From the NCBI RefSeq assembly GCF_003334305.1, contig NZ_QOWS01000005.1: 64,000 nucleotides of DNA. One strand, 5' to 3'. The notes under the pieces were generated by a model. That model was not told the DNA's origin. It made no database searches and saw nothing but the letters and a program-made list of their open reading frames with translations. This DNA comes from Escherichia coli. GTDB taxonomy: Bacteria; Pseudomonadota; Gammaproteobacteria; Enterobacterales; Enterobacteriaceae. Both the position numbers and the translations under genes were made by a program. Positions 24,359-37,300 of the stretch are shown here, piece by piece. Every line of letters begins with the position of its first letter. The stretch's first letter is position 1.

Positions 24359-25117
24359 TTACTCCGTACGGCGGGCAACAATAAACAGACGCGGAAATGC
24401 CAGCAGTATCTGTTCGTTCTCTTGCAGTGGATACTGCTCTTCCAGCATCTGATGGTAGCGCGTAAGAAAAAGCTGCTGTTCGCTCTCGGTCAGATCCTGT
24501 AACCACGGACGTAATCCAGTGGCGGTCACCCAATCGATAATCGCCTGGTGCGACGGCATCTGGTGATAGTAGGTGGTTCGCCAGATATCGACCTCACATC
24601 CGGCTTCGCTCAAAATATCGTAGTAAGCATGAACGCCAGCCAACGGCTCACGCCCGCGATCCGGGTAGTTTTGTTCCCAGGCAACTTCGCGCATGAGCAC
24701 ATGGGTCGGCTCCAGCCAGTTATCTGGCATCTGTACTGCCAGCACGCCCTGCGGATTAAGTAAAGAAACCAGATGAGGAAACAATTCGTAGTGGTCGGGC
24801 AGCCATTGCAGTGAGGCATTAGCAAAAATCAGATCGAGTGCCTGTTCCGGTTGCCAGTTGCGGATGTCTGCTTCCACGAACTGGCAGTCTGGCAAAGCAC
24901 TGCGCGCTTCAGCAATCATCGCCGGAGACGAGTCGATGCCTGTTATCCTGGCAGCAGGCCAACGTTGGTTTAGAAGGGCGGTGCTGTTACCTGGGCCACA
25001 GCCAAGATCGGCAACGTATTCGATATTCTCCAGCGGTACTCTGGCAAGCAGCTCCACCGCCGGACGCGATCGTTCAGCGGCAAAGTGCAGATATAAAGAG
25101 GGGTTCCAGTCAGACAT
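24359..25117 (-). CDS. tam: Trans-aconitate 2-methyltransferase Tam (252 aa)
   Basis: SAM-methyltransferase motif ([12 protein letters not shown]); convergent with yneE. Confidence 0.9.
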   Translation of the reverse strand: MSDWNPSLYLHFAAERSRPAVELLARVPLENIEYVADLGCGPGNSTALLNQRWPAARITGIDSSPAMIAEARSALPDCQFVEADIRNWQPEQALDLIFANASLQWLPDHYELFPHLVSLLNPQGVLAVQMPDNWLEPTHVLMREVAWEQNYPDRGREPLAGVHAYYDILSEAGCEVDIWRTTYYHQMPSHQAIIDWVTATGLRPWLQDLTESEQQLFLTRYHQMLEEQYPLQENEQILLAFPRLFIVARRTE

Positions 25118-25173
25118 TTATTTACTCCCGTCAGCGCGTTACCCCAATTGTAGATAAAACTGATGAATTCGCC

Positions 25174-25464
25174 TCACGGCATCAACCCATTGAACAGACG
25201 TTTTTTACGCGGCCCGGTCATTAAAGATTCCAGTTTCGCGACACAGGTTTTGTAGTGGGGCGTGGTTTTATGGAATGCCACTGCGTCTTCATCTTTATAG
25301 GCTTCGTAGATATAAAAGCGCGAATTCACTTCCGGGTCCTGTAAGACATCGAAGCGCAAATTGCCTTCTTCCTGTACAGAGCCCAGGTGGTTCTGGCGAA
25401 AAACTTCGATAAACTCGTCAATCTTGTCTTCATGAACGTTAATTTCAACCAGTGTGACGTGCAT
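25174..25464 (-). CDS. lsrG: (4S)-4-hydroxy-5-phosphonooxypentane-2,3-dione isomerase LsrG (96 aa)
   Basis: ABM-monooxygenase-like small protein at the distal end of the lsr operon. Confidence 0.9.
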   Translation of the reverse strand: MHVTLVEINVHEDKIDEFIEVFRQNHLGSVQEEGNLRFDVLQDPEVNSRFYIYEAYKDEDAVAFHKTTPHYKTCVAKLESLMTGPRKKRLFNGLMP

Positions 25465-25487
25465 AATTCTTCTCCTTAAATCCGCAG

Positions 25488-26363
25488 TTACTGTTTTTCA
25501 CTCAGATAGAGTTCATATGCCCGATCAGCCGTTTCGTTATGGTGAACCACCGCCTGTACGGCTTTCATCATCGCCACCGGATGGTCAGACTGGAAAATAT
25601 TACGCCCCATATCCACACCAGAAGCGCCCTGATCGATAGCCTGCCAGCACATTTCCAGCGCCTCGCGCTCCGGTAATTTTTTACCGCCAGCAATAACAAT
25701 GGGTACCGGACATCCGGCAACAATCCGTTCAAAACCTTTTTCGACATAATAGGTTTTGATAATTTGCGCCCCCATTTCAGCGGCGATTCGAGTCGCGAGC
25801 GAGAAATAACGCTGATCGCGCACCATATCTTTGCCCACGCCAGTCACGGCCATGGTCGGCATTCCCACTTTCATTCCGGCATCAACCAGCTGAATAATAT
25901 TTTTGATCGACTGATGTTCATATTCGCTGCCGATATAAACCTGCGCCGCCACCGCGCAACTGTTCAGGCGCACGGCATCATCCATCGATAACGCCACGGC
26001 TTCATTACTTAATTCCGCCAGAATAGAGTTCGCACCTGACGCCCGCAGTACCACTGGCTTATTGGTCGCCGGTGGAACTACGCTGCGCAAAATGCCGCGC
26101 GTACACATTAATACATCGGCATGTTCAAACAGCGGGGCGATATTTATATCAATGCGTTCAAGTCCGGTCGTCGGCCCCTGAAAATAACCATGATCAAAGG
26201 CCAGCATCACGGTATTACCCGTTTTCGGATTAAATATCCGCGATAAGCGTGACTGCATTCCCCAATCCAGCGCACCGCAACCTTTCAGGGTAAAAGGGAT
26301 ATTTTGTTGCGGTTGATCGGTACGAAAATCTTTACCATCTTTAATATCGTCTAAATCTGCCAT
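25488..26363 (-). CDS. lsrF: 3-hydroxy-5-phosphonooxypentane-2,4-dione thiolase LsrF (291 aa)
   Basis: Class-I aldolase-like fold; operon position. Confidence 0.9.
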   Translation of the reverse strand: MADLDDIKDGKDFRTDQPQQNIPFTLKGCGALDWGMQSRLSRIFNPKTGNTVMLAFDHGYFQGPTTGLERIDINIAPLFEHADVLMCTRGILRSVVPPATNKPVVLRASGANSILAELSNEAVALSMDDAVRLNSCAVAAQVYIGSEYEHQSIKNIIQLVDAGMKVGMPTMAVTGVGKDMVRDQRYFSLATRIAAEMGAQIIKTYYVEKGFERIVAGCPVPIVIAGGKKLPEREALEMCWQAIDQGASGVDMGRNIFQSDHPVAMMKAVQAVVHHNETADRAYELYLSEKQ

Positions 26364-26389
26364 AACTTACTCCGGTTAAGTAATGCACA

Positions 26390-27412
26390 TCAGAAATCGT
26401 ATTTGCCGATATTCTCTTTGTTGAATATCACGCGCTCCGGTAACAGTACGATGCCATTACCATCCGCTTCGTAGTCATAGCCCTGAACGCTGTTTGGCGA
26501 GACTTCAACCTGACCTACGCCCTGGATATCCAGCTTGTCGCCCGTTTTCATTGATCCTTTTTTCAATAATGCATCCGCGACATACACTGAAATTTTGCCT
26601 TGCTGAACCACATCCCACAGTCCAAATTCTTTCACCGTACCGCGCTCTACATACGGGCGCATCACATTTGGCGTACTGAATCCGACAATCGCTACTTTGT
26701 CATTTTTCAGGTTTTCTGCGGCTTGTGCGGCAGCGGGCAGGGCATTGGCATCGGGGGCGATAATGGCGTCGAGATCGCTATACGCTTTTAATATTCCTTC
26801 TGCGGTTTGTAATGATTTAGTGGCATCGTTATAGCCAAACTGCGTAGTGACAATTTCCCAGCCAGGATGCTCTTTGGCGATTTTCGCTTTCGCTTCTTTC
26901 ACCCACTGGTTTTGGTCCGTAACGGTGGGGCTTGAGTAGAAAAACGCGACTTTGGCTTTGTCTTTATTCACCTGACGCGCCGCCATATCCACCAACATAC
27001 CTCCCAACTGGGCGGGCGTTCCCTGATTAATGTAGTAAGAGCGGCACTCCGGTTTAGTATCAGAGTCCCAGGTCAGCACTCTCACACCACGTTGCATGGC
27101 GCGTTTCAGTGCCGGACACAAGCCATCAGGCGAAACCGCAGAAACGATAATGGCGTTATAACCTTGATTGACGAAGTTATTAATCAACTGTACCTGACCA
27201 GAAACACTGGGTTCTGTCGGCCCGTCGTAGGTCACATCAACGCTCAGCTCTTCACCCGCTTGTTGTGCGCCGTTGCCACCGCTGGTAAAAAATCCCACGC
27301 CAACCAGTTTGGGAATAAATGCAATACGCTCTGCGGCCTGCACATTCATAGAGATTGCGGCAATGCCAAGAGCGCTAAGTAAGGCGATTTTCTTAAAGCG
27401 ATGAAGTGTCAT
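26390..27412 (-). CDS. lsrB: AI-2 periplasmic binding protein LsrB (340 aa)
   Basis: Signal peptide plus periplasmic sugar-binding-protein fold. Confidence 0.9.
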   Translation of the reverse strand: MTLHRFKKIALLSALGIAAISMNVQAAERIAFIPKLVGVGFFTSGGNGAQQAGEELSVDVTYDGPTEPSVSGQVQLINNFVNQGYNAIIVSAVSPDGLCPALKRAMQRGVRVLTWDSDTKPECRSYYINQGTPAQLGGMLVDMAARQVNKDKAKVAFFYSSPTVTDQNQWVKEAKAKIAKEHPGWEIVTTQFGYNDATKSLQTAEGILKAYSDLDAIIAPDANALPAAAQAAENLKNDKVAIVGFSTPNVMRPYVERGTVKEFGLWDVVQQGKISVYVADALLKKGSMKTGDKLDIQGVGQVEVSPNSVQGYDYEADGNGIVLLPERVIFNKENIGKYDF

Positions 27413-27423
27413 GAAGATATCCT

Positions 27424-28416
27424 TTATGGCAATGGGTTATTGGCCCGACGCGCCAGCCACTCTTTAATTTGCTGGCGATGCAGGCTAACGGAACGACCTA
27501 CGACAACGACGATAAGTAGCGCACCGGAAAGGGCGCTGGACACCTGATTTGGCACTCCTGCCATTTGCAAACCTTGTTGCAAATATCCCACTAATAAAAC
27601 CGCAATGGCGGTGCCGATAATGGAACCGGAACCACCATAAATATTGGCCCCGCCAAGCACCACGGCGGTGATGGCGGGCATCAGAAACGACGCACCGAGA
27701 TCGGAACGTGCTGAACCAAAATACGATACCAGCAGCACAGCGGCGACCGCAGACGCCAGCCCCGTCATGGCATAGAGCGCACATAAGGTGCGGTTAACTG
27801 GAATCGCGCTATAAAGCGCCACGCGCGGGCTTTGCCCAATCAAAAACACATTACGTCCGGCATGGGTTTTATGCAGCCAGAGCCAGAAAACGAGGAGACA
27901 TATCAGGAAGATAATCAGCGGAACGGGGAGTCCCAGCACATCCAGGTTAGCGAAATCTGTAAACGCCATCGGGAATCCACCAATACCTTCGTACCTCGTC
28001 GCTCCGGCCATACCGGAAAGCAGCAGAGCGCTTCCGGCAAACAGATACAGCGTGCCAAGCGTAATCACCAGCGGGTTAACTTTGGTATAGATAATTAATC
28101 CGGCGTTGATCAGCCCGCACAATGCGCCGAGCAGTAAGGTCAGGAGTATCGCCAGCGGCATCGGCACACCACTTTGAAACAGTACGCCCAATGCAATGGC
28201 GCAGAGGCCGATGGTCGAACCAAACGAAATATCGATCCCGCCACTGACAATCACCATCGTCAGCGGTAGGGCGACAATGCCAATGCAGATAAAGTCACTG
28301 GTGCTGAACAGCAACATATTGAGATCTAACATTCGCGGGTTAATTGCACCAAATGCGACAATCTCAATAACGAGCAGTGCGGCAAGAGCCAGTTCCCAAC
28401 CGTAGCGAATACGCAT
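27424..28416 (-). CDS. lsrD: AI-2 ABC transporter permease LsrD (330 aa)
   Basis: Ribose-type ABC permease; overlaps the lsrC stop. Confidence 0.9.
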   Translation of the reverse strand: MRIRYGWELALAALLVIEIVAFGAINPRMLDLNMLLFSTSDFICIGIVALPLTMVIVSGGIDISFGSTIGLCAIALGVLFQSGVPMPLAILLTLLLGALCGLINAGLIIYTKVNPLVITLGTLYLFAGSALLLSGMAGATRYEGIGGFPMAFTDFANLDVLGLPVPLIIFLICLLVFWLWLHKTHAGRNVFLIGQSPRVALYSAIPVNRTLCALYAMTGLASAVAAVLLVSYFGSARSDLGASFLMPAITAVVLGGANIYGGSGSIIGTAIAVLLVGYLQQGLQMAGVPNQVSSALSGALLIVVVVGRSVSLHRQQIKEWLARRANNPLP

Positions 28417-29444
28417 TATGCGGCCTCCCGTTTTTTACCTGACGAAGCGGGTTTAACGGATGGCGGTGGCGTCATAAAGCGGGCATATTTTTGCCGCCGT
28501 AGATTACGTTCCAGCGCACAACGCAGGCGTCCATCAAACACCAGCACCGCCAGCAGCACGAGGCCCGCGATAAAATCGTTCCACCATGCCGGAATGCGCA
28601 ACAGCACCAGTACGCTATCGATCTGCGTCAGGAACCATGCGCCGAGTACCGCACCGATGATCGCACCGGAACCGCCGAGCAAACTAATGCCGCCCAGCAC
28701 GCAGGCTGCAATTGCTTTCATCTCCAGCCCGGTACCGGTCTGGTTGGGGATAAAACCAATCTGCGAAGCAAACACAATTCCCGCCAGTGCCGCCATGCAG
28801 CCGTTCAACGAAAATGCCACAATGCGAATGGCTTCCGTACGAACACCCAGTTGACGAGCGCCCTGTAAATTATCGCCCGTGGCATAAAAACTGCGTCCAA
28901 ACGCCGTCTTTGCCAGCAGCCAGGCCATAAATGCCACCAGAATTATCGTCAACCAACCAATCGCGGAAACGCCAAACAGCAGCGGTGCGGAGAGCTGTTT
29001 CAGTTCGGCGGGTAACCCTTCAATCCATTTACCGCCAGTCCACAGCAACATGATGCCTCTGTACAACCCTAACGTGCCAAGGGTGGCAACAATGGCAGGG
29101 ATCTTTAGCCACGCGACCAGGACACCGTTGAAAAATCCCGCGAGCAAACCAAGCAGTAAAGTCGCGACACAAGCAACAGGTAGTGAATACCCCGCGTTCA
29201 GTAACATCCCCAACAGCACTGCGCACATTCCGGTAATCGAACCCACTGAAACATCAATATTGCGCGTAAGCATTACCAGCGTCGCGCCCATTGCCAGCAG
29301 GATCAGGATTTGCGCGCTGCTATAAACCATGGTCAGCGTTTGCACACTTAAATACTGGCGGTCGAGAAAACCGGGTAATGCAAACAGCAGCACCACCGCC
29401 AGCAGTGCCGTGATTTCACGGTTGTTCTGAATAAACTTCAGCAT
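28416..29444 (-). CDS. lsrC: AI-2 ABC transporter permease LsrC (342 aa)
   Basis: Ribose-type ABC permease; 7-nt overlap with lsrA. Confidence 0.9.
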   Translation of the reverse strand: MLKFIQNNREITALLAVVLLFALPGFLDRQYLSVQTLTMVYSSAQILILLAMGATLVMLTRNIDVSVGSITGMCAVLLGMLLNAGYSLPVACVATLLLGLLAGFFNGVLVAWLKIPAIVATLGTLGLYRGIMLLWTGGKWIEGLPAELKQLSAPLLFGVSAIGWLTIILVAFMAWLLAKTAFGRSFYATGDNLQGARQLGVRTEAIRIVAFSLNGCMAALAGIVFASQIGFIPNQTGTGLEMKAIAACVLGGISLLGGSGAIIGAVLGAWFLTQIDSVLVLLRIPAWWNDFIAGLVLLAVLVFDGRLRCALERNLRRQKYARFMTPPPSVKPASSGKKREAA

Positions 29445-30973
29445 GACACCTCCTGACGCTGACTATCGCCGAAGGCAACGCGCATAATAGTCTCGACATT
29501 AATATCGCGCCCGGTCAGTGCAGAGTGGGCAATTTCGCCCTGATGCATCACATACACGCGATCTGCCATCAGTTCGATCTCTTCCAGATCGGAGGAGATA
29601 AGCAGCACTGCCACATTTTGTGCGGCGATGCTGCGCAACAGCTGGTAGATATCATTACGGGCCGAGACATCCACGCCGCGCGTCGGCTCATCGACAATCA
29701 ATGCTTGCGGCGAAGCTTCCAGGCATTTGGCAATGAGGATTTTTTGCTGGTTGCCACCGGATAATGTCCGTGCAGCTTGTTCCGGTTGGTTAAATTTAAT
29801 ATTCAGCGCCCGACGATAACGTTCCAGGGTGGCATTATCTTTCGCGGTTTTCGCCCAGAATCCACGAAGGTTATGAGTAAGGGCGCAGACGTTCCAGGCA
29901 AGCGAAGCATCGAGATTCAGTCCGGATGACTGGCGATCTTCCGGCAGATAAACCAGACCGCGCAGTAAACGTTCTCCAGTGGATAATTTATTGATCTCTT
30001 TACCATTCAGCATAATGCATCCGCCACGCAAAGTACGCAGACCATAGAGCGTCTCGGCCAGTTCTGTGCGTCCGGCCCCCACCAGCCCAGCCAGGCCCAG
30101 AATTTCTCCGGCATTGAGCGTCATGCTGACATTCCTGAAACCTTCGCCGGTCAGATTTTCCAGTGTCAGCACCGGCGTTCCGGCAGCATGTTGTGGGCGG
30201 TTACCAGGTAACTCCAGCCATAATTTTTGGCTGGCAGAGAGCGATTTTTCCCGTACCACTGGCGTGATGGCCTGAATAATGTCGTCGGTAGACAGTTCGC
30301 TGGTTTTGCCGCTTAAGGCGATGGTTCCGTCGCGCATCACGCTAATTCGATCGGCAATCTGGCGAATTTCCGGCAGCTTATGCGAGATAAAAACAATACC
30401 CACGCCAGTAGCAAGCAGCTCTTGCAAGCGAGTAAACAAGCGTTCGGTTTCCGCAGGGGTAAGCGAGGCGGTAGGTTCATCGAGGATCAGAATCCGCGAG
30501 TCGCGCATTAGCCCGCGGAGGATTTCCACCATTTGGCGATCGGCGACATCCAGCGATCCTGCCAGACTATGCAGATCAAACTGGCAGCCCAGCGCCGCCA
30601 GCAAGTTCTTCATTTTTTGCATGGAGAGCTGTTTTTTTGCCATCCCAAACAGGATGTTTTCTTTTATCGACAGGCTTGGGAAAAGCAGCGGTTCCTGGGG
30701 AACGAGATAAATGCCCAGCTGATGAGCATGAACTGGCGTTAATCTGGCGTAGTTGTTGCCCCCAATCTCCAGCGTACCGCTATCAGCAGGGGTAATACCG
30801 GCAATAATCTTCATTAACGTCGATTTACCGGCACCATTGCCGCCGAGCAGGGCGTGGACCTCCCCCTGATGCAACGTAAAATCGATGCCTTTCAGGACAT
30901 TGACCCCTGAATACTGTTTATAAACCGAGCGGGCGCAAAGTAGCGGTAACGCGCGGGTATCACTCGTTTGCAT
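29438..30973 (-). CDS. lsrA: AI-2 ABC transporter ATP-binding protein LsrA (511 aa)
   Basis: Duplicated ABC ATPase with Walker [10 protein letters not shown] and signature LSGGNQQK. Confidence 0.9.
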   Translation of the reverse strand: MQTSDTRALPLLCARSVYKQYSGVNVLKGIDFTLHQGEVHALLGGNGAGKSTLMKIIAGITPADSGTLEIGGNNYARLTPVHAHQLGIYLVPQEPLLFPSLSIKENILFGMAKKQLSMQKMKNLLAALGCQFDLHSLAGSLDVADRQMVEILRGLMRDSRILILDEPTASLTPAETERLFTRLQELLATGVGIVFISHKLPEIRQIADRISVMRDGTIALSGKTSELSTDDIIQAITPVVREKSLSASQKLWLELPGNRPQHAAGTPVLTLENLTGEGFRNVSMTLNAGEILGLAGLVGAGRTELAETLYGLRTLRGGCIMLNGKEINKLSTGERLLRGLVYLPEDRQSSGLNLDASLAWNVCALTHNLRGFWAKTAKDNATLERYRRALNIKFNQPEQAARTLSGGNQQKILIAKCLEASPQALIVDEPTRGVDVSARNDIYQLLRSIAAQNVAVLLISSDLEEIELMADRVYVMHQGEIAHSALTGRDINVETIMRVAFGDSQRQEVSC

Positions 30974-31004
30974 ATTTCCCCCGTTCAGTTTTGCAGGTGA
31001 GTTT

Positions 31005-31037
31005 TGAACAAATGTATTTCTGCTTTTAATTTGTTCA
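31005..31037. promoter_or_regulatory. 9-bp perfect inverted repeat (tgaacaaat-N15-atttgttca) just upstream of lsrA; candidate LsrR operator
   Basis: Seen directly; lies 32-64 bp upstream of the lsrA start codon. Confidence 0.4.
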
Positions 31038-31137
31038 TAACCTTAGGTGGACATTGCACATATTTCCGACGAATAGATCACAATTTATGCTATTTTGATT
31101 TTCACGGTTGCGTTTGTTCATGCTCGTAGAGTCAAAC

Positions 31138-31153
31138 TGTGGCTGCCATCACA
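31138..31153. promoter_or_regulatory. CRP-like site TGTGG-ctgcca-TCACA in the lsrA/lsrR divergent region
   Basis: Matches TGTGA-N6-TCACA at 9/10 half-site positions; the lsr operon is known to be cAMP-CRP dependent. Confidence 0.5.
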
Positions 31154-31221
31154 GATATAAATGCGCAAGAACTGAACAATTGCATTAAAGATTTAAATAT
31201 GTTCAAAGTGAAGAATGAATT

Positions 31222-32175
31222 ATGACAATCAACGATTCGGCAATTTCAGAACAGGGAATGTGTGAAGAAGAACAGGTCGCGCGGATCGCGTGGTTTTACT
31301 ATCACGACGGGCTGACCCAGAGCGAGATCAGCGATCGTCTCGGCCTGACCCGTTTGAAAGTGTCGCGCTTGCTGGAGAAAGGGCATCAGTCCGGCATTAT
31401 TCGCGTACAGATTAATTCTCGCTTTGAAGGCTGTCTGGAATATGAAACTCAATTACGTCGTCAGTTTTCGCTGCAACATGTCCGGGTGATCCCTGGGCTT
31501 GCGGATGCTGATGTCGGCGGGCGACTGGGGATAGGCGCGGCGCATATGTTGATGAGTTTACTTCAACCACAACAGATGCTGGCGATTGGTTTTGGCGAGG
31601 CAACCATGAATACGCTGCAACGCTTAAGTGGTTTTATTTCGTCACAGCAAATTCGCCTGGTCACGCTCTCCGGTGGCGTCGGTTCTTATATGACGGGTAT
31701 CGGGCAGCTTAACGCGGCGTGCAGTGTGAATATTATTCCGGCTCCGTTGCGGGCATCCTCCGCTGACATTGCCCGTACGCTAAAAAATGAAAATTGCGTC
31801 AAAGATGTTCTGTTAGCCGCGCAAGCAGCCGATGTGGCGATTGTCGGCATTGGGGCCGTCAGTCAACAGGACGACGCGACGATCATTCGCTCCGGTTATA
31901 TCAGCCAGGGCGAACAGTTAATGATTGGTCGAAAAGGGGCGGTTGGCGACATTTTAGGCTACTTTTTTGATGCAAAAGGTGACGTTGTCACGGATATTAA
32001 AATACATAACGAACTGATTGGCTTACCTTTAAGCTCGCTGAAGACCATACCCGTCCGGGTTGGCGTGGCAGGGGGAGAAAATAAAGCCGAAGCAATTGCC
32101 GCTGCAATGAAAGGCGGTTATATCAACGCACTGGTTACCGATCAGGACACAGCAGCGGCGATTTTACGTAGTTAA
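31222..32175 (+). CDS. lsrR: lsr operon repressor LsrR (317 aa, SorC/DeoR family)
   Basis: N-terminal HTH then sugar-phosphate-binding domain; divergent from lsrA. Confidence 0.9.
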   Translation: MTINDSAISEQGMCEEEQVARIAWFYYHDGLTQSEISDRLGLTRLKVSRLLEKGHQSGIIRVQINSRFEGCLEYETQLRRQFSLQHVRVIPGLADADVGGRLGIGAAHMLMSLLQPQQMLAIGFGEATMNTLQRLSGFISSQQIRLVTLSGGVGSYMTGIGQLNAACSVNIIPAPLRASSADIARTLKNENCVKDVLLAAQAADVAIVGIGAVSQQDDATIIRSGYISQGEQLMIGRKGAVGDILGYFFDAKGDVVTDIKIHNELIGLPLSSLKTIPVRVGVAGGENKAEAIAAAMKGGYINALVTDQDTAAAILRS

Positions 32176-32253
32176 ATTTGCATGACCTTATTACCGGGAA
32201 TGATGGAGAACGTATAGAGGAACAGACAGAACGCATAAGCCGAGGATAATCTA

Positions 32254-33846
32254 ATGGCTCGACTCTTTACCCCTTCAGAATCAAAGTATTACCTGATGGC
32301 GCTGGATGCAGGTACCGGAAGTATTCGGGCTGTGATATTCGACCTGGAAGGCAATCAAATAGCAGTGGGACAGGCGGAGTGGCGGCACCTGGCAGTACCG
32401 GACGTTCCTGGTTCTATGGAATTTGATCTCAACAAAAACTGGCAACTGGCGTGTGAGTGTATGCGCCAGGCGCTGCACAACGCCGGCATAGCCCCGGAGT
32501 ATATCGCTGCCGTTTCGGCATGTTCGATGCGTGAAGGCATTGTTTTATATAATAATGAAGGAGCCCCGATCTGGGCCTGCGCCAATGTGGATGCCAGAGC
32601 GGCACGCGAAGTTAGCGAACTTAAAGAACTGCACAACAATACCTTTGAAAACGAAGTTTATCGCGCGACCGGACAAACACTGGCTTTAAGTGCCATCCCC
32701 AGATTACTTTGGCTGGCGCACCATCGTTCCGATATTTACCGTCAGGCATCAACCATCACCATGATCAGCGACTGGCTGGCCTATATGCTCAGCGGCGAAC
32801 TGGCGGTGGATCCCTCTAACGCTGGCACCACGGGACTTCTTGATCTAACCACCCGTGACTGGAAACCTGCATTGCTGGATATGGCTGGCCTGCGTGCCGA
32901 TATTCTTTCTCCTGTCAAAGAAACCGGCACATTGCTGGGCGTGGTAAGTTCACAAGCGGCGGAACTCTGCGGTCTGAAGGCGGGCACTCCGGTGGTCGTT
33001 GGAGGAGGCGACGTGCAGCTTGGTTGCCTTGGGTTAGGCGTTGTGCGTCCGGCACAAACCGCGGTTCTTGGCGGCACATTCTGGCAGCAAGTTGTAAATT
33101 TAGCCGCGCCGGTGACAGACCCAGAAATGAACGTGCGCGTTAATCCTCATGTTATTCCTGGCATGGTACAAGCTGAATCTATAAGCTTTTTTACCGGACT
33201 CACCATGCGCTGGTTCCGCGATGCTTTCTGTGCCGAAGAAAAACTGATTGCCGAACGTTTAGGCATCGACACCTATACGCTGCTGGAAGAGATGGCCAGT
33301 CGGGTGCCGCCTGGGTCGTGGGGCGTAATGCCGATCTTCTCCGACAGAATGCGCTTTAAAACCTGGTATCACGCTGCGCCTTCCTTTATTAACTTGTCCA
33401 TTGAGCCGGATAAATGTAACAAAGCGACATTGTTCCGTGCGCTGGAAGAAAATGCGGCGATTGTATCAGCGTGTAACTTGCAGCAAATTGCTGATTTCTC
33501 GAATATTCATCCTTCATCGTTAGTCTTTGCAGGCGGAGGTTCAAAAGGGAAATTATGGAGTCAAATTCTCGCTGATGTCTCGGGATTACCCGTCAATATT
33601 CCGGTGGTCAAAGAAGCCACTGCATTAGGATGTGCCATTGCAGCTGGCGTCGGTGCCGGAATTTTTTCATCAATGGCAGAAACCGGAGAACGCCTGGTTC
33701 GCTGGGAACGGACGCACACACCAGACCCGGAAAAGCATGAACTTTATCAGGATTCACGCGATAAGTGGCAGGCAGTTTATCAGGATCAGCTGGGGCTGGT
33801 TGATCATGGACTGACGACGTCGTTATGGAAAGCGCCTGGGTTATAG
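32254..33846 (+). CDS. lsrK: Autoinducer-2 kinase LsrK (530 aa, FGGY kinase family)
   Basis: FGGY carbohydrate kinase motifs ([15 protein letters not shown]). Confidence 0.9.
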   Translation: MARLFTPSESKYYLMALDAGTGSIRAVIFDLEGNQIAVGQAEWRHLAVPDVPGSMEFDLNKNWQLACECMRQALHNAGIAPEYIAAVSACSMREGIVLYNNEGAPIWACANVDARAAREVSELKELHNNTFENEVYRATGQTLALSAIPRLLWLAHHRSDIYRQASTITMISDWLAYMLSGELAVDPSNAGTTGLLDLTTRDWKPALLDMAGLRADILSPVKETGTLLGVVSSQAAELCGLKAGTPVVVGGGDVQLGCLGLGVVRPAQTAVLGGTFWQQVVNLAAPVTDPEMNVRVNPHVIPGMVQAESISFFTGLTMRWFRDAFCAEEKLIAERLGIDTYTLLEEMASRVPPGSWGVMPIFSDRMRFKTWYHAAPSFINLSIEPDKCNKATLFRALEENAAIVSACNLQQIADFSNIHPSSLVFAGGGSKGKLWSQILADVSGLPVNIPVVKEATALGCAIAAGVGAGIFSSMAETGERLVRWERTHTPDPEKHELYQDSRDKWQAVYQDQLGLVDHGLTTSLWKAPGL

Positions 33847-33855
33847 TTTCATTGA

Positions 33856-33890
33856 CAGCCACATCATGATGACCGTGGCTGTTAGTTTTT
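33856..33890 (+). terminator. Intrinsic terminator after lsrK
   Basis: Stem cagccac / gtggctg followed by ttagttttt. Confidence 0.5.
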
Positions 33891-34376
33891 GAGTATAGTT
33901 ATTCTTATTTCCCTTCTTTTAGAGCTGGCTTGTTAAAAGCCAGCTTGCAGATTCATCGTTCCATCACCAGTACTATATTCAAGGGAAAATTGCTATTTTT
34001 CTTAAAGCATTAAGCACAACCCTTATTTTATAGCGAATATTCCTAAAGACACTAATGGATGCAAAAGGGGTTTAATAAACTTCGATTTTTAGCAATTAGT
34101 GCTATTCTTTGTTAAATATGATGATGATAATTTTCCTATTGAAAGAAACAGTTTTCTTATTAATCAACAATAACTCATAGTTCATTTTTAAATAAAATAA
34201 GAACTATGCATTTTTTAATCTATCAATTCGAAAGTATTAGCAAATTAGCCAAATTGACACCTTCCCACCTCCAACTAACACTCAATACAGACCTCTGACA
34301 ATTTAATAAGTTTCATTTTTAATGTCTGACGACTCATCTCTTTCGTGGCTGTATTGTTTGTATATGGAGCGTTTAT

Positions 34377-37300
34377 ATGAATAGAATCTATCGCGTGATA
34401 TGGAATTGCACTCTACAGGTATTTCAGGCCTGCTCGGAATTAACTCGCAGGGCAGGTAAAACATCGACGGTTAATTTGCGTAAATCCTCTGGACTGACAA
34501 CGAAATTCAGTAGATTGACGCTGGGTGTTTTGCTGGCACTAAGCGGTTCAGCGTCTGGTGCAAGTCTGGAAGTTGATAATGATCAGATTACCAATATTGA
34601 TACTGATGTTGCTTATGATGCCTACCTGGTTGGCTGGTATGGCACTGGAGTGCTTAATATTTTGGCTGGCGGTAATGCCTCCTTAACCACTATTACTACC
34701 AGCGTCATTGGCGCTAATGAGGACTCAGAGGGCACCGTTAATGTTTTGGGTGGCACCTGGCGATTGTATGATAGCGGAAATAATGCAAGGCCTTTAAATG
34801 TGGGTCAATCCGGAACGGGGACGCTGAATATTAAACAGAAAGGTCACGTTGATGGAGGCTATTTAAGACTAGGTTCCTCGACAGGAGGCGTCGGGACGGT
34901 CAATGTTGAGGGAGAGGACTCTGTTCTGACGACCGAATTATTCGAAATAGGGAGTTACGGTACGGGATCATTAAATATTACGGATAAGGGTTACGTCACG
35001 AGTTCAATAGTCGCCATTTTAGGCTATCAGGCGGGCAGTAATGGCCAGGTTGTCGTTGAAAAGGGCGGTGAGTGGCTAATAAAAAATAACGATTCCTCAA
35101 TTGAATTTCAAATTGGTAATCAAGGAACTGGGGAAGCGACTATTCGCGAGGGTGGACTGATTACGGCTGAAAACACGATTATCGGTGGCAATGCTACCGG
35201 TATCGGAACCCTGAATGTGCAGGATCAAGACTCTGTCATCACGGTACGCAGACTCTATAATGGATATTTCGGTAATGGCACACTCAATATTTCCAATAAT
35301 GGACTAATTAATAACAAAGAATATTCATTAGTGGGCGTTCAGGACGGTTCCCACGGTGTCGTCAACGTGACCGATAAAGGGCATTGGAATTTCCTCGGAA
35401 CGGGCGAAGCTTTCCGCTATATCTATATCGGTGATGCTGGCGACGGTGAACTTAATGTCTCGCGTGAAGGTAAAGTAGATTCGGGAATTATCACTGCGGG
35501 GATGAAAGAAACAGGCACAGGCAACATTACTGTTAAGGATAAGAACTCCGTTATCACTAATCTCGGAACTAATCTTGGTTATGACGGCCACGGCGAAATG
35601 AATATCAGTAATGAAGGGCTTGTTGTCAGCAACGGAGGAAGCTCACTCGGTTATGGAGAAACCGGCGTCGGGAATGTCAGCATCACCACGGGGGGGATGT
35701 GGGAGGTCAATAAGAATGTCTATACCACCATTGGTGTTGCGGGCGTCGGAAACCTCAATATTAGCGATGGCGGTAAGTTCGTATCGCAAAATATTACTTT
35801 TTTGGGCGATAAAGCAAGCGGTATCGGCACACTGAACCTGATGGATGCGACATCATCGTTCGATACTGTGGGTATCAATGTCGGTAATTTTGGTAGCGGT
35901 ATCGTAAATGTCAGTAATGGTGCCACCCTTAATTCAACGGGCTATGGATTTATCGGAGGAAATGCCTCCGGTAAGGGGATAGTTAATATTTCAACGGACA
36001 GTCTCTGGAATTTAAAGACATCATCTACTAACGCACAATTGCTACAGGTCGGTGTATTAGGCAAGGGTGAACTGAATATTACCACCGGAGGTATAGTTAA
36101 AGCGCGTGATACACAGATAGCTCTCAATGACAAAAGTAAGGGCGACGTGAGGGTGGATGGGCAGAACTCTCTTCTTGAAACATTCAATATGTACGTAGGG
36201 ACATCTGGTACGGGTACGTTAACCCTGACGAATAGCGGCACGCTGAATGTCGAAGGTGGAGAAGTTTACTTAGGTGTTTTTGAACCTGCTGTAGGAACGC
36301 TAAACATTGGTGCAGCTCACGGTGAGGCGGCGGCAGATGCCGGGTATATAACCAACGCGACGAAAGTAGAGTTTGGTTCTGGCGAAGGTGTTTTTGTCTT
36401 TAATCATACTAATAACAGTGATGCCGGCTACCAGGTCGATATGCTGATTACAGGTGACGATAAAGACGGAAAAGTGATCCATGATGCAGGCCATACGGTG
36501 TTCAATGCAGGGAATACTTATAGCGGTAAAACGCTGGTCAATGACGGCCTCCTGACCATTGCGTCTCATACGGCAGATGGGGTAACGGGCATGGGTTCGA
36601 GTGAAGTCACCATTGCAAGCCCCGGTACGCTCGACATTCTCGCATCAACGAACAGTGCAGGAGATTACACGCTGACCAATGCGCTCAAAGGCGATGGCTT
36701 GATGCGAGTGCAGCTGTCATCCTACGACAAGATGTTTGGCTTTACCCATGCAACAGGGACTGAATTCGCCGGTGTTGCCCAACTGAAAGACAGTACCTTC
36801 ACTCTGGAACGCGACAACACCGCTGCGCTTACTCACGCGATGTTGCAGTCTGACAGTGAAAATACCACATCGGTAAAAGTGGGAGAGCAATCCATTGGTG
36901 GACTGGCCATGAATGGCGGTACGCTCATTTTCGATACGGATATTCCTGCTGCGACGCTTGCAGAGGGATATATCAGCGTCGATACGCTGGTTGTCGGCGC
37001 GGGTGACTACACCTGGAAAGGCCGTAACTATCAGGTAAACGGGACGGGCGACGTGCTTATCGACGTGCCTAAACCGTGGAATGATCCCATGGCGAATAAC
37101 CCTCTGACGACGCTCAATTTGCTGGAACACGACGATAGCCATGTCGGCGTTCAACTGGTGAAGGCGCAAACGGTTATTGGGTCGGGTGGCTCATTAACGT
37201 TACGTGATTTACAGGGCGACGAGGTGGAAGCGGACAAAACGTTACACATTGCGCAAAACGGAACGGTGGTCGCCGAGGGTGATTATGGATTCCGCCTCAC

